Under the pieces are notes generated by a model, which saw nothing but the letters and a program-made list of their open reading frames with translations, had not been told where the DNA came from and searched no databases. From assembly GCA_951406725.2 (NCBI GenBank), contig OX597835.1, positions 41,664,001 to 41,728,000 of the forward strand: a stretch of 64,000 nt of DNA, in the 5' to 3' direction. Shown here piece by piece: positions 38,523 through 48,463 of this stretch (the first letter of the stretch is position 1; each line of letters opens with the position of its first letter). The position numbers were made by a program, and so were the translations under genes. Source of the DNA: Octopus vulgaris. Its lineage: Eukaryota.

Positions 38523-41500
38523 CAATAAGAAGAGTGTGATGCAGTTTGTAATAGACTGTTTGGTTTTTAATTGTAGTTTGCAAGATTCTTAATGTGAATT
38601 TGCGTGTTGAAGCATATTTTATTGCCTTATTAATTTAACACACCAGTCTGATTTCCACACATTTACTTATTATTATAACAGACAGAATCAACGACTATTG
38701 AAAAGGTTGCAAGTTGCAATGAATATTTTAATAAAAATAATAAGTAAATGAGTGGAAATCAGACCAGTGAGTGTGTTAAACTAATAAGGCACTAAGAGAG
38801 AATGACCCACCCCAGACACAATAAAATAGATTGTTTATTTAACAGTTTGAATGATATGTCAACAGATTGTCTTTCTTCTTCATTTTGAACTTGAAGACAG
38901 TTGAGGTCGAAACAGTTCAAACCATAAGATAAACAATCTATTACTCATTGCATCACGCTCTTCTTAATGCCAACTTACCTTCTTGGTGACACGTAAAAAG
39001 CACCATCCGATCGTGGCCGTTGCCAGTCTAACCTGGCCTCTGTGCCAGTGGCACATAAAAAGCACCATCCAATCATGGCCGTTTGCCAGTCTCGTCTGGC
39101 ACCTGTGTCGGTGGCATGTAAAAAGCACCCACTACACTCATGGAGTGGTTGGCGTTAGGAAGGGCATCCAGCCATAGAAACACTGCCAGATCAAACTGAA
39201 GCCTGGTGCAGCCTTCTGGCTTTCCAGACCCCAGTTGAACCGTCCAACCCATGCTAGCATGGAAAGCGGATGCTAAATGATGATGATGATGATGATGAGT
39301 GATATAATAATAATCATAATAATCCTTTCTACTATAGGCACAAGGCCTGAAATTTTGGGGGCAAGGACCAGTCGATTAGATCAACCCCAGTGCATAACTG
39401 GTATTATACATGTACCTCCTCCTCTCTCCTGCTCTCTCTTGCACACTTGTAACAACAAAGAATAGATTTAGCTTTTTTTTATTTTTGTCAGTCAGATAAA
39501 TTGGACAAAATAGGTGGAATAAAAGTTCAACTAAGGACCATTTCGTCTATATTTCAAGGAACATTTTTGAAGTGGTTGATGTCAGGAAGGGTATCCAGAC
39601 ATAGAAGCCATGCCAAAGCAGGCATTGGAACTTGGTGCAGCCTTTCTGGTTAGTCAATTCCTGTTGGACCATCTAACTCATGCCAGCATGAAAAAAAGGG
39701 ATGTTAAATGATGATAATGATTGTCTATCATAAGTGCGAGATGAGAGGATTGTGGTAACTTACCTCTTTCTGAGTTGGTTTCACCTTCACACTTAGAGGT
39801 TTGATGTCTTCATAGGTCAAATGAGAAGGTCGAACAAGATACTGGACAATGAGAAAAAAGAAAAAACAAACATAAAATAAAAATGTTGGTTTCATGAAAA
39901 GAATTTAGTGAACAAACATATGAAATGGTTACTTGATAAACACACATCTATATATGGAAGCACTCCGTCGGTTACGACGATGAGGGTTCCGGTTGATCCA
40001 ACCAACGGAACAGCCTGCTCGTGAAATTAACGTGTAAGTGGCTGAGCACTCCACAGACACGTGCACCCTTAACGTAGTTCTCGGGGATATTCAGCGTGAC
40101 ACAGAGAGTGACATGGTCGGCCCTTTGAAATACAGGTACAACAGAAACAGGAAGAAAGAGTGAGAGAAAGTTGTGGTGAAATAGTACAGCAGGGATCACC
40201 ACCATCCCCTGCCGGAGCCTCGTGGAGCTTTAGGTGTTTTCGCTCAATAAACACTCACAACGCCCGGTCTGGGAATCGAAACCGCGATCCTACGACCGCG
40301 AGTCCGCTGCCCTAACCACTGGGCCATTGCGCCTCCACACACATCTATATACACACACACACACACACACAGTTGTCATTCACAGGTGAATATGACCTTA
40401 TACCATAGTTTCACTAATTGTTTTAGGTTCCAATGGAGATAGAGGCAGACAGAGACATCCTCTAGACCTTTATCCCACTCATGACCCTGTGGAACATCAA
40501 GGATGTAAGAGCAGGAGAGAGAAGGGGGTGGGGATACACCAGCAGTTTGAAGTTCTTTTAAAATCTGAATTTTCAACTGTTAGCAGATAACAAATCCTCA
40601 TCCAGACAGGTTCCCAATGCTGGATGTGTTCAAGAACTAAATGAAGGGCAGATTTTCAATTCCAGGGTCATCCCAATTCCAAAAAGGTATAATATGTCTA
40701 TGTAGGGGCAAATGAAGACTGAGGTACAGGGGTCCCAGACAGACAAACTTCTGTCATCATCATCATCGTCGTCCGCTTTCCATGCTAGCATGGGTTGGAC
40801 GATTTTGACTGAGGGCTGGCGAACCAGATGGCTGCACCAGACTCGTCTCATCTAGCAGAGTTTCTACAGCTGGATGACCTTCAGCATTATAGATATTCAA
40901 ATATGAACTTCATTTATAACAATATAAATTGCTTTTACAACTTTCAGAATCCAGAGAAAATGAATTTGCAACTTTACCTGGAGAAGATAAAGGTTTTCAG
41001 CCAAACTTTTAGATAAATAGACATCTACCTGGGAAGAAAGACAAAGAAAAAAGATATAAATAGTACGTAAAATGACAAAAAGACCAGTTTTGCATTCAAA
41101 ATTTCATTTTATGATTTAATTAGCACCTGTACCTTACAAATTCTAAATCCAGTTGTTTTTAATAAATACTAGCTGAATGTTTATGTAAATTTGGAAATTA
41201 GCATTTAAAAGTTTGGAATGTGAATTTTTATAATTATCATTATTCAATTAGCTATGTGTACCAAGATTTTACCCCTTCACATCATCATTGTTTTAATTTT
41301 TTTTCATGTTTGTGTGGGTTGGACAAAATTTGTTGAGGCAGATTTTCTATGATTGGATGCCTTTTCTGCCACCCACCTCACTTCTTTCTTTATGAAGATT
41401 GGAAAATGAACAACCGCATCGGTACAACAGTGATGCTCACAAAGGCACGTGGCTTAGTGGTTATGATAGTTGGCTTACAATCAAAAGGCCATGAGTTCAA

Positions 41501-44500
41501 TTCCTGGCAGTGTATTGTGTCCCTGAGCAAGACCCTTTATTTCATGTTGCTCCAGTCCACTCAGCTGGCAAAAATTAACAGTGCCTGTATTTCAAAGGCC
41601 CAGTCTTGTCACAGTCTGTATCCTGCTGAATTTCCCTGAGAACTACATTAAAAGGTACATGTGTCTGTGGAGTGGTCGGCCACTTGCATGTTAATTCCCA
41701 CAAGCAGGCTGTTCCAGTGACTGGATTATCTGGAACTCTTGTCATTGTAACCGACAGACTGCCCAGACGCTCGTTTTCAACTAACGAACAGTGTCAAGAC
41801 AAAGACACAAACAAGCAAAAAACAGGCTTCTTTCGGTTTCTGTTTACCAAATCCAATGACAAAGTTTTGACCAGTGCAGGACAAAAGAAGATACTTCCCC
41901 AAGGTGCCATACAGCTATGTCTGCAACACCATCACTAAATATCTCACTATAATATCCACAACCACTGAATATTGCATCTTGACTCCATATAAGAGAGACA
42001 GTAGCCCCACAAATCTTAAGTGCTTAGGGTCTAAAGGATAAATAGATCAAGTCATTATGGTTAATATTTAGTTTTAAACTGTTGTAGGTTAGTGCTTGAG
42101 AGAGAGAGAGAGAGAGAGAGAGAATTCCAGTCACTTCTGGGGGAGGGTTGGATTAAAATATTTAGTTAACCCTTTTGTTACCATATTTCTGTTGAGATGC
42201 TCTGTTTCTTTCAATTACTTTAAATATAACAAAGAATTAGTAAAAAAATTTAGTTTATCATTAAATTAGTGTTAGGAACATAAATTGTGACTAAGGTTTG
42301 GTGGAAGATTTTAATTCAGAACTTTTGAAAACAAGACATTTGTACTACAGAACCAGAGGTGGTTTCAGGCGGGTTGGTATCAAAAGAGTTAAAGAGGAGC
42401 AAACAGAGTGAAAGATGAAGAACAGTGGATGCAGTCAGAGGCAGATTTGGATGGAAATAGCAAAGAGTGAGAATATCTACGGCAGGTAGCAAAAACTCGT
42501 GTAGTCGTGGCCCAGGAGGTAGAGACAATGGTTTCAGATTTATAAATAAAGACAATCAGAAGATATAATGTTGTGATTCTCATGCCTATTCCATCATCAT
42601 TAAGGTCATGAATGAAGCCATTTCACAAGGAATTTGAAACAGTCGCAGACATGGTCCACAAAAGAGTTAGAAAAAGAGCAAGACTACAGGTATGACAAAA
42701 TAAATTGTGTCAGGTTTATAAATACAGGAGAAGTGAAAGTGAAGTTTGTGGCATTCATGCCTGTTTCAGAGGCATTAAGGAGTTGAGTGAAGCAGTCTCA
42801 ACAGGAAATTGAAATGTGGCTACAGACTTGATTTCACAAGAACTTCTTACTGCTTCAATACGGATGATCACCATTATATCCTATAGATGTGGCCCTGAGC
42901 TGCCAAAGCCTTCCATTCCATTTGATCCTCCTCTGTAGTGCATATTACATCTGAAACAGCAGCAGCAAGTACCGTAAATCCTCGAGTATAGTCCGCCCTT
43001 GAGCATAATACGCAGGGGATATTTAGGGGGCTGAACCTCTGAAAAACCTAAACCTTGTGTATAATATGCACGCCTTCTCTAACTTGAGTCAAGGAGGTCT
43101 ATATAACGTCCTTGGTTTGTAAAAATGTATACGGTAATGTCCTTTATTATTAATGTATATATAACATAATGCAAACGTGTAGCTTTTTTGTGCATTTTGT
43201 TTGCAGAAAATAAAGAAATAACAGTAATAACGTTTAATAAATGTTGCTATTGCAAGTTATGGATGATTCTTTTATGACTTCATTGCTTTCAGGCTTAGCT
43301 TAAGGTATTTTCACGCCCGACATCAGAAAATGCGTCTGAATAAACATTGCCGGACAGCAAATAGAGACTCGGACATTGCTTAGAAAATAATTTTCATTTT
43401 TAACCTCGTGTATAATGCGCACTAGGGATTTTGACTGTTAAATTTTGGGGAAAAAATACGGATTATACTCAAGGATTTACGGCAGTTCAGAACTGAATAT
43501 TATCAAGCTAAGTCTTCCTTACTTCTGATGACACCCTCCCTACCCCAACACACACAGACACACCCTACTTAACTCAAATTGATTAATTAAACAAGCCTAT
43601 GACCATCCTACCATATTTTTTTTCCAGGAAAAGTCTACTCTCGGCTACAATAGTCAATGTCTTAAAAAAGGCCCTTTTTTAAGACAGTACTGTGATTTGA
43701 GAGAAATTTGGCTTCTATTTCTAGCAGGTCATGATTGCACAGAAACTCCCTTGTTGGTTTCCACAGTGAATGGCATTTGATAGTATAGTGATGGATGTTG
43801 TTTTCTTGTATCACTGTGGATACAATAAGTATAAATACACACAAATGGCTGAAAGAATTACATACCCCCACCTCACACATATTGAATATGATGGGATTTT
43901 GTACAGCTAAATTTCACTCAAAGTATTGGTCAACTTAAAGGTAATAAAAGCACTTGCCCAGGATGTCAACATTGGAATTGAACTCAAAGCCACCTAGTTG
44001 TGAAGCAAACTTCTTAACCACTCGGCTATGCCTGCACTGTTAGTCAAATTCTGTTGCCCAGCATCATTGGATGAAGACATTGTTGACAAGTCATCCTAAC
44101 AAGACGTCCGCGTAGGCTGGGTCATGCCCTCTGTCGTCAACCAGGAGAATTCATCCATGAAGCAATTGCCCCAGCTCCCCTTCAGGGTTGGCGAAAGCGA
44201 TGTGGTGGACAACGAAAAACCTGGCTGATGACAGTCAAGGCTGATCTGGAACCCAACCTAGGCCCCCATGTCTATGGCGTTCGCTGCTGGAATAAGGAGT
44301 GGTTGGAGATCACGCGGTCGTTAGCCTCAAATCGCCAGGCCTGGTCGGCGTTTGTGAGAGATGCAGCATTGAGGATGAATGAAGCCAGCTCAACCCAACT
44401 GGGGTGAATGCTGTCTCAAGTCAAAAAATTGTTGATGATGAAAGCAAGGAATTGAAATGGATAAATAAAAATTATTTCTAATATAAGTACAGACTCATCA

Positions 44501-46346
44501 CAAATTTTGGATGGGTCATTTGTATCAAATTAGGTGTTATATTTATCCAAAAAGGGGAGGATGAGGGAGGGTTCAATATCATCATCATTTAGCATCCGCT
44601 TTCCATGCTAGCATGGGTTGGACTGTTCAACTGGGGTCTGGGAAGCCAGAAGGCTGCACCAGGCCCAGTCTGATCTGGCAGTGTTTCTACGGCTGGATGC
44701 CCTTCCTAACGCCAACCACTCCGTGAGTGTAGTGGGTGCTTTTTATGTGCCAGCCGGGGCTGGCAAACGGCCACGGACGGATGGTGCTTTTTACGTGCCA
44801 CCAGCACGGGGGCCAGGCGAGGCTGGCAACGGCCACGGTCGGATGGTGCTTTTTATGTGCCAGGCAATAGAATTTGAGTTCAGAATATTAAGCAGTGTGT
44901 GTGTGTGAGAAAGAGAGGAAAGGGAATTTAGAGATGTTGCCAAATGGTTAGTTTATTTTTGTGAATCTTGTCCAGATTTTTGTAGGATGAACTTGGCTCC
45001 AAAAGACAGAGTCAAAAAGAATCGAAAATAATGGCAGAGAAAAACAAATTATATTTGTCCTTTCAACCACCGATTAACAAGGACACTTTTATATACAGTT
45101 TAGGTAAAACAGACATTACATACATAAATATTTGATGCTCAGGAAAAAGGGAGAGGGTTTTCTTAAATTGCAGACTGATTACAAAATAGTGATGACGATA
45201 AATCTACACATTTAAAATTGTGTGCGTGTGTCATATACATATACACACACACATGATGATGATGATGATGAGAGAGAGAGAGCGATGGGTATATATATAT
45301 ATATATATATATAATGTATTAATGTTTGGTAGCAATGAAAATCATTCTCTATATCTCAATTTATGCTGAAGCTACCATCAAGATATGAGGATATATGACA
45401 ATGTTTACATCAAAAATATTTTTTCTTGAAGGCAATCTTACGGTTCGCCTTCTTGAAATTTTCAAAGAACAATGATTTTCCATTTTCGATCCGGACTCCA
45501 TCGGAGAAATTGAAATAGCAAATGAGCTGCGTTAACAAAACACGTGTTTGAACTTATGAATAAAATGATTTCTCAGATGAATGTGTTCTAGTAAATAATT
45601 TAACACAAACGGCACATTCCCAACATCTAGTCTTATCAACGAAAGGCAATGATTTTGAGAGGGTTTGAAATCGGAATATTTAGTTACCAAACTGTATGTG
45701 ACAGAATCTTAAATGCCTGGTTCTCGTATCTTAAACATCACCAACACACGGTTTTCTTTCTTTACATTATCATAAAACAACCTCAAAACAGCGATATAAT
45801 CGTGCCTTAGATTGTTATAAGACTAGAAACCAGAAAAGAACGGTGTATTCATTAAAATCCACCTCAGTATATGACTGGTACAAGCTTAAGAGATTAAAAA
45901 ACAACGACATCCCGATGTTATTTGGACACAGAATGGAAAAGGAGAAAAGTAAATATCACAGAATAATTAGTTCGGACCTCAACTGTTTGCAAATAAATTA
46001 TCCTCGATCAAGATAACGTTGTTGTGGAGATCATGTAATTGGGAAATGGAATGCCGTCTCTCTATTACTGGAAAGTAATTAATTCAATTAACTACAAGGA
46101 CTTAATTAAACTGAAATATCCAAAGTGCGAGGAATCGACCGGCGAGGTTTCAATTCAAAACAACGAATTATAACGAAAGAATAAGGCGCGAACCATTCAC
46201 TGGCGGCTGATGCTATTGACTCACAGATCAGATCTTGCTTTGTGTCAGCCATACAAGGCATTTACCTCCAGTTTTGATTAACTAAATCGCAATTAAACCC
46301 TAATTAAACTCACCTCGTGGACAACCGGATCGTCCTCGTCCGCCAT
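9016..46346 (-). CDS. POLR3E: DNA-directed RNA polymerase III subunit RPC5 (whole gene span; 18 coding exons, 688 aa)
   Basis: Manually spliced exons give MADEDDPVVHEVDVYLSKSLAENLYLLQY...SKGEQMAL...HLTPL...RPSFSYMD...VLVQGCWVVKSEILYPKD...SPHSGV...CRGRDY.MWKF...GWEF...CWYLKG. This matches remembered human RPC5 motifs (DDPVVQEIDVYL, SKGEQIAL, LVQGNWVVKS, GMWYLKG). All introns are GT-AG, phases are compatible, and the total is 2067 nt. Confidence 0.96.
9646..9771 (-). CDS. POLR3E: POLR3E coding exon 17 (MRGVLIGMLQTSCRVASNLFKKKVDEVLDCPISENDCKKLLR)
   Basis: TTTCAG acceptor, GTAAGG donor; 126 nt. Confidence 0.87.
9872..10340. repeat. Inverted-repeat element (~75-bp arms) containing a nested TTAA-type MITE
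   Basis: CAATTGCAGCGTGGAAGGTGTTTGTAAGCCATTTAAGAAACACACAAAAGC...CTTCAACATTTAA mirrored at 10266-10340. Confidence 0.72.
10646..11048 (+). mobile_element. tRNA-derived SINE family A (~400 bp); full copies also at 15224-15630(+), 16022-16411(-), 16672-17042(+), 23643-24043(-), 27042-27435(+), 28165-28526(+), 28681-29080(-), 3330-3680(-), 36908-37240(-)
   Basis: Head GGCGCAGGAGTGGCTGTGTGGTAAG (A box) and GGTTCAGTCCC (B box), internal (TA/TG)n, tail AATGACTGAAACAAGTAAAAGAG; more than 10 recognisable copies. Confidence 0.88.
11082..11147 (-). CDS. POLR3E: POLR3E coding exon 16 (WPKQYIEEPVFLASRIGDGLDP)
   Basis: Poly-T tract plus ATCAG acceptor, GTAAGT donor; 66 nt, phase 0-0. Confidence 0.82.
17449..17691. 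repeat. Inverted repeat with ~85-bp arms
   Basis: AAATTTAAAGGAATGACCACTAAAAGTGGA...CGAAGAAT mirrored at 17605-17691. Confidence 0.8.
17792..17846 (+). ncRNA. Type I hammerhead ribozyme (variant core) in POLR3E intron 15, antisense to the gene
   Basis: GTCT-CCGATGA-AGGGATATTA...TAATATCCTT-GAAA-CAGCTG-TA-AGAC; palindromic stem III; core is CCGA rather than CUGA. Confidence 0.68.
18735..19290 (+). mobile_element. Meta-domain-like SINE with its body triplicated in tandem; single copies at 11200-11445(-) and 22405-22636(-)
   Basis: Three ~165-180 bp units, each containing GCCTTTCATCCTTTCGGGGTCAAT...AAGTACCAG. Confidence 0.7.
19514..19992 (-). CDS. POLR3E: POLR3E coding exon 15 (linker plus start of the C-terminal winged-helix region)
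   Basis: TTGCAG acceptor, GTGAGT donor; 479 nt open; LTMSEVKRLF and GHILSSGVSDQMLEQAV resemble the RPC5 C-terminal extension. Confidence 0.9.
22102..22208 (-). CDS. POLR3E: POLR3E coding exon 14 (YPEIIQRQKVLWEAKFQSLCKQLKINCKEIEKKHK)
   Basis: TGTAG acceptor, GTACGT donor; 107 nt. Confidence 0.92.
24214..24317 (-). CDS. POLR3E: POLR3E coding exon 13 (LPAEDVKDILEQMSRVRVSHGWEFLFDYDKEFCS)
   Basis: TCTAG acceptor, GTGATG donor; 104 nt. Confidence 0.93.
25118..25177 (-). CDS. POLR3E: POLR3E coding exon 12 (MWKFLHTRYVTRKEISSVIK)
   Basis: TACAG acceptor, GTAAGT donor; 60 nt. Confidence 0.93.
25423..25504 (-). CDS. POLR3E: POLR3E coding exon 11 (EILYPKDATSPHSGVSAEHLCRGRDYL)
   Basis: TTCAG acceptor, GTCAGT donor; 82 nt. 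Confidence 0.94.
27583..27960 (+). mobile_element. RTE-clade LINE 3' RT fragment (duplicated at 31142-31428)
   Basis: Degenerate translation ...SGSET.ALNAEDIRKLE.NE...WMCNV...NELREKLGIKGI... typical of the RTE ORF C-terminus. Confidence 0.7.
28057..28148 (+). tRNA. tRNA-Lys(UUU)-like gene with a 19-nt intron; probably a pseudogene
   Basis: D stem GCTC/GAGC; anticodon stem TCAGA/TCTGA with CT-TTT-A; intron 28094-28112 at the canonical 37/38 site, containing TAAAAG complementary to the anticodon loop; acceptor CCGCA/TGCGG; TTTT terminator at 28155. The T stem, A58 and the first two acceptor pairs are mismatched. Confidence 0.72.
29550..29670 (-). CDS. POLR3E: POLR3E coding exon 10 (KVIRFRQLLALLPQGTDSTAVIRCLQQVAVLVQGCWVVK)
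   Basis: TCCAG acceptor, GTATTG donor; 121 nt. Confidence 0.94.
29996..30505. mobile_element. CCGTA/TA MITE, copy 2
   Basis: Same internal sequence and TIRs as 5695-6189. Confidence 0.82.
31889..31980 (-). CDS. POLR3E: POLR3E coding exon 9 (EKPALPSNILSLSQLRTMPLQDQVKALLIN)
   Basis: AACAG acceptor, GTAAG donor; 92 nt. Confidence 0.93.
32423..32547 (-). CDS. POLR3E: POLR3E coding exon 8 (DDRSLAERNMLF...EYLEKLMPPVTEEE)
   Basis: CACAG acceptor, GTAAGT donor; 125 nt. Confidence 0.92.
32730..33291 (-). mobile_element. Internally deleted mariner transposon
   Basis: TIRs TTGGGTTGTCCAGTAAGTTCGTGCCGATTT / AAATCGGCACGAACTTTCCGGATAACCCAA-TA; N-terminus MEDKKVHFRHL fused to the C-terminal WDVLPHPPYSPDIAPSDFHLFRSLQNSL. 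Confidence 0.92.
33433..33596 (-). CDS. POLR3E: POLR3E coding exon 7 (SSQEEEEEEAKPVRLKFARHET...WVDLRYHSRD)
   Basis: TTCCAG acceptor, GTAAGT donor; 164 nt. Confidence 0.93.
34267..34380 (-). CDS. POLR3E: POLR3E coding exon 6 (EFHLTPLYAMAQVRPSFSYMDRADAK...)
   Basis: TGTAG acceptor, GTAAGT donor; 114 nt; HLTP and RPSFSY motifs. Confidence 0.94.
35298..35538. repeat. Imperfect ~240-bp fold-back repeat
   Basis: CTAGAAAGAGCAGTAGAAAACTCAAACCA...TAAATTCTCGAAAGGATT / AATCCTTTCGAGAATTTA...TGGTTTGAGTTTTCTACTGCTCTTTCTAG. Confidence 0.8.
36103..36185 (-). CDS. POLR3E: POLR3E coding exon 5 (NVMDKTILASGPSSVSTHRYAVGIYKD)
   Basis: CTAG acceptor, GTAAGT donor; 83 nt, phase 2-1. Confidence 0.92.
37496..37614 (-). 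CDS. POLR3E: POLR3E coding exon 4 (IEIQLPVNTKSNNYAFSKGEQMALMVDG...)
   Basis: TTCAG acceptor, GTAAA donor; 119 nt; SKGEQ motif. Confidence 0.93.
38427..38522. repeat. (AAT)n microsatellite; other simple repeats include (AT)n at 17904-17972, (GGT/GGC)n at 4530-4612 and (GA)n at 9454-9522
   Basis: Direct reading. Confidence 0.9.
39764..39841 (-). CDS. POLR3E: POLR3E coding exon 3 (YLVRPSHLTYEDIKPLSVKVKPTQKE)
   Basis: CAG acceptor, GTAAGT donor; 78 nt. Confidence 0.92.
39955..40337 (-). mobile_element. tRNA-derived SINE family B; related copy at 18001-18300(+), older relatives at 21615-21950(+) and 41443-41765(+)
   Basis: Head GGAGGCGCAATGGCCCAGTGGTTAGGGCAGCGGACTCGCGGTCGTAGGATCGCGGTTTCGATTCCC with A and B boxes. 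Confidence 0.82.
40978..41028 (-). CDS. POLR3E: POLR3E coding exon 2 (VDVYLSKSLAENLYLLQ)
   Basis: CCAG acceptor, GTAAAG donor; 51 nt, phase 0-0. Confidence 0.93.
42167..42392. mobile_element. TTAA-flanked short MITE (piggyBac-like); relatives near 10025-10269, 20394-20600 and 31618-31845
   Basis: TTAACCCTTTTGTTACC...GGTATCAAAAGAGTTAA termini recur in the window. Confidence 0.6.
42972..43482. mobile_element. CCGTA/TA MITE, copy 3
   Basis: Same internal sequence and TIRs as 5695-6189. Confidence 0.82.
44060..44423 (+). mobile_element. RTE-clade LINE 3' end
   Basis: LGHALCRQPGE...GWRKRCGGQRKTWLMTVKADL...LASNRQAWSAFVRD, followed by a TCAAG-type tail. Confidence 0.75.
46314..46346 (-). CDS. POLR3E: POLR3E coding exon 1 (MADEDDPVVHE)
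   Basis: ATG at 46346; donor GAG|GTGAGT; 33 nt. Confidence 0.93.
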
Positions 46347-46410
46347 TTTACTTTGAAATGAACGAAATAACATTTTGACTTCCGGTTGGCGCAAAACCGG
46401 ACTTCCGCTG
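46340..46410 (-). promoter_or_regulatory. POLR3E housekeeping-type core promoter
   Basis: ETS-like CCGGAAGT (46378-46385) and CGGAAGT (46401-46407); YY1-like AAAATGGCGG overlapping the ATG; locally CpG-rich. Confidence 0.55.
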
Positions 46411-46856
46411 ATTTACGATATAAATGGGACTTACCTCCCCTCTATCGTATGTATATCCATCGCAGCCTGCTTGTCTCTGTGGGTGTGCAGGTTCCCTTGA
46501 ATGACTGTGGTTTGTAACCTTTTCTTTAAATTCTTTTTAAATGGTTGTATTTCTATTTGGGCGGAAAAGTATTCTCCTTTGAAGCTCTGTATATATTCAA
46601 ACTGTGTTATATTAGGTTTTTATAAAAAAAAATGCGGTGCCCCAGCATGGCCGCAGTCTAATTACTGGAACAAGTAAAAGAAAAAAAGAACATGTTTCTC
46701 TCTTATGCATAAAACGACTTCATATGGTTTAAGGCTACTTTTGGTTATGTTCCAAGTTTTTGTTTTAGATGCTAATTTTTTTAGCAAAACGCAAAATGTC
46801 TATGTTCTTTCCTCTTCTTCCACACACGCGGCATAAATTTTTTTTTAAGTGTTTAC

Positions 46857-47249
46857 AAAGTTATAGAAGAGGAAGGAACAAAAAACTGAAGTTATCTATT
46901 TTTGCAGAGTTGTAATTTCTGCTGTTGAAAGCATGCAAAACGTGAAGATATTGCAACTTTTGACGCAGTCGATAATTTCCGACGCTATTTTATAGGGTTA
47001 CCATCATTTTAATTTTTCTTTTTTTTTACTCGTTTCAATCATTTGACTGGCTTTGATATTTAAATGATTGAAACAAGTAAAAAAAAAAAAAAATTAAAAT
47101 GATGGTAACCCTATATAATAGCGTCGGAAATTATCGACTGCGTCAAAAGTTGCAATATCTTCACGTTTTGCGTGCTTTCAACAGCAGAAATTACAACTCT
47201 GCAAAAATAGATAACTTCAGTTTTTTGTTCCTTCCTCTTCTATAACTTT
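46857..47249. repeat. Near-perfect ~390-bp palindrome
   Basis: 46857-47045 is the reverse complement of about 47060-47249, with a few mismatches and a ~14-nt spacer. Confidence 0.9.
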
Positions 47250-47781
47250 TTAATATTTATCGCAAAAAAGAAAAATAATTCAGATTTGTAAGCAATAACA
47301 TAAACCCTGTTAGTTGGCTGAGTTTTGTCACCTTTTTGTTTTTCTCCAAAAATTTTTCTAACAAATTCTATGGCATTTGCATAGAACTGACTTTCTGACA
47401 ATTTTTTTCGGGGTATTTTTTACAGCATATTATTGTAATTTACATTTAATAATGAAAACCTTAAGTAGTTTTTGACTTCGTTACAAATGTCTGAAATATG
47501 CTGATCACAAATATATCATTTTCAAAAATACATTCGATGAAATTTGGGGTTTTTATGAAATATATAATTTTCAACACTATCGGATAGCCTAAAATAATCA
47601 TAACTTAAATTGCATTTCTTTAATTTTTTTGTTTTATTGGTGTTAATACAGTTTCCCACCTCACTAAACAAATTTCGTTTGACACCTATTTTATCTCTTT
47701 TACTATTCCATTAACTTTTTAAGGTTAAATTGGTTTTTCTTTTAAAGCCTAATTCCATAAACTAATCCAAACTGGATTAGT

Positions 47782-48463
47782 GAATCTTTTCCTTTTGAAC
47801 GACAGTTTTCAACACAATTTCTAGTTAACTAAACACTTTAAAACTTCGTATACTGGTAGAATGTGTCAAAATAAAACGTTTTTTTTCTCTTGGCTTTCTT
47901 GAGAAAATTGTAATTTGTTTGTTTAACGTAGTTTAATTTTTCGAATTTTAACCAATCCTATTGCCTCCATTGAGCTTAAATCATTTGCTGCGTCTAAAAC
48001 CGACAACATCCTGTCACTAACCCTCAACCTAAATTTATGCCTTTCGTTTGTTTTTTTTCTTAATTGCTAAATTAATTTAAGAATAACTATTAAGAAGAAA
48101 AAAAAAACGAAAGCAATGGAAAATAATTTTAATCTAACAATTAAGAAAAAAAAACGAAAGCAAAAACTCAAAACAAGCGTAACAATTAAATTAATTTAAC
48201 AGTTAAGAAAAAAAACCAAAGGCTAAAATTTAGGGTGAGGGTTAGTTAGGGTTAGTGACAACAAATGATTTTAGCTAAATAGAGGGCATAGGATTGGTTA
48301 AAATTCGAAAAATTAAACTACGTTAAACTTACAAATTACAATTTTCTCAAAGCCAAGAGAAAAAAATGTTTTATTTTGATACATTCTACCAGTTTACGAA
48401 GTTTTAAAGTGTTTAGTTAACTAGAAATTGTGTTGAAAACTGCCGTTCAAAAGGAAAAGATCC
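47782..48463. mobile_element. Long-TIR MITE related to 4906-5310, 8-bp TSD
   Basis: Inverted arms of more than 200 bp ending AAGGAAAAGATCC; TSD GGATTAGT at 47774-47781 and 48464-48471. Confidence 0.82.

Noticed and set aside
45320-45800. Possible decayed transposase or coding remnant in intron 1
   Set aside because: No recognisable motif in the frames I read
48229-48256. TTAGGG-like interstitial telomere
   Set aside because: Only 2-3 imperfect units, internal to a MITE family (also at 5004)
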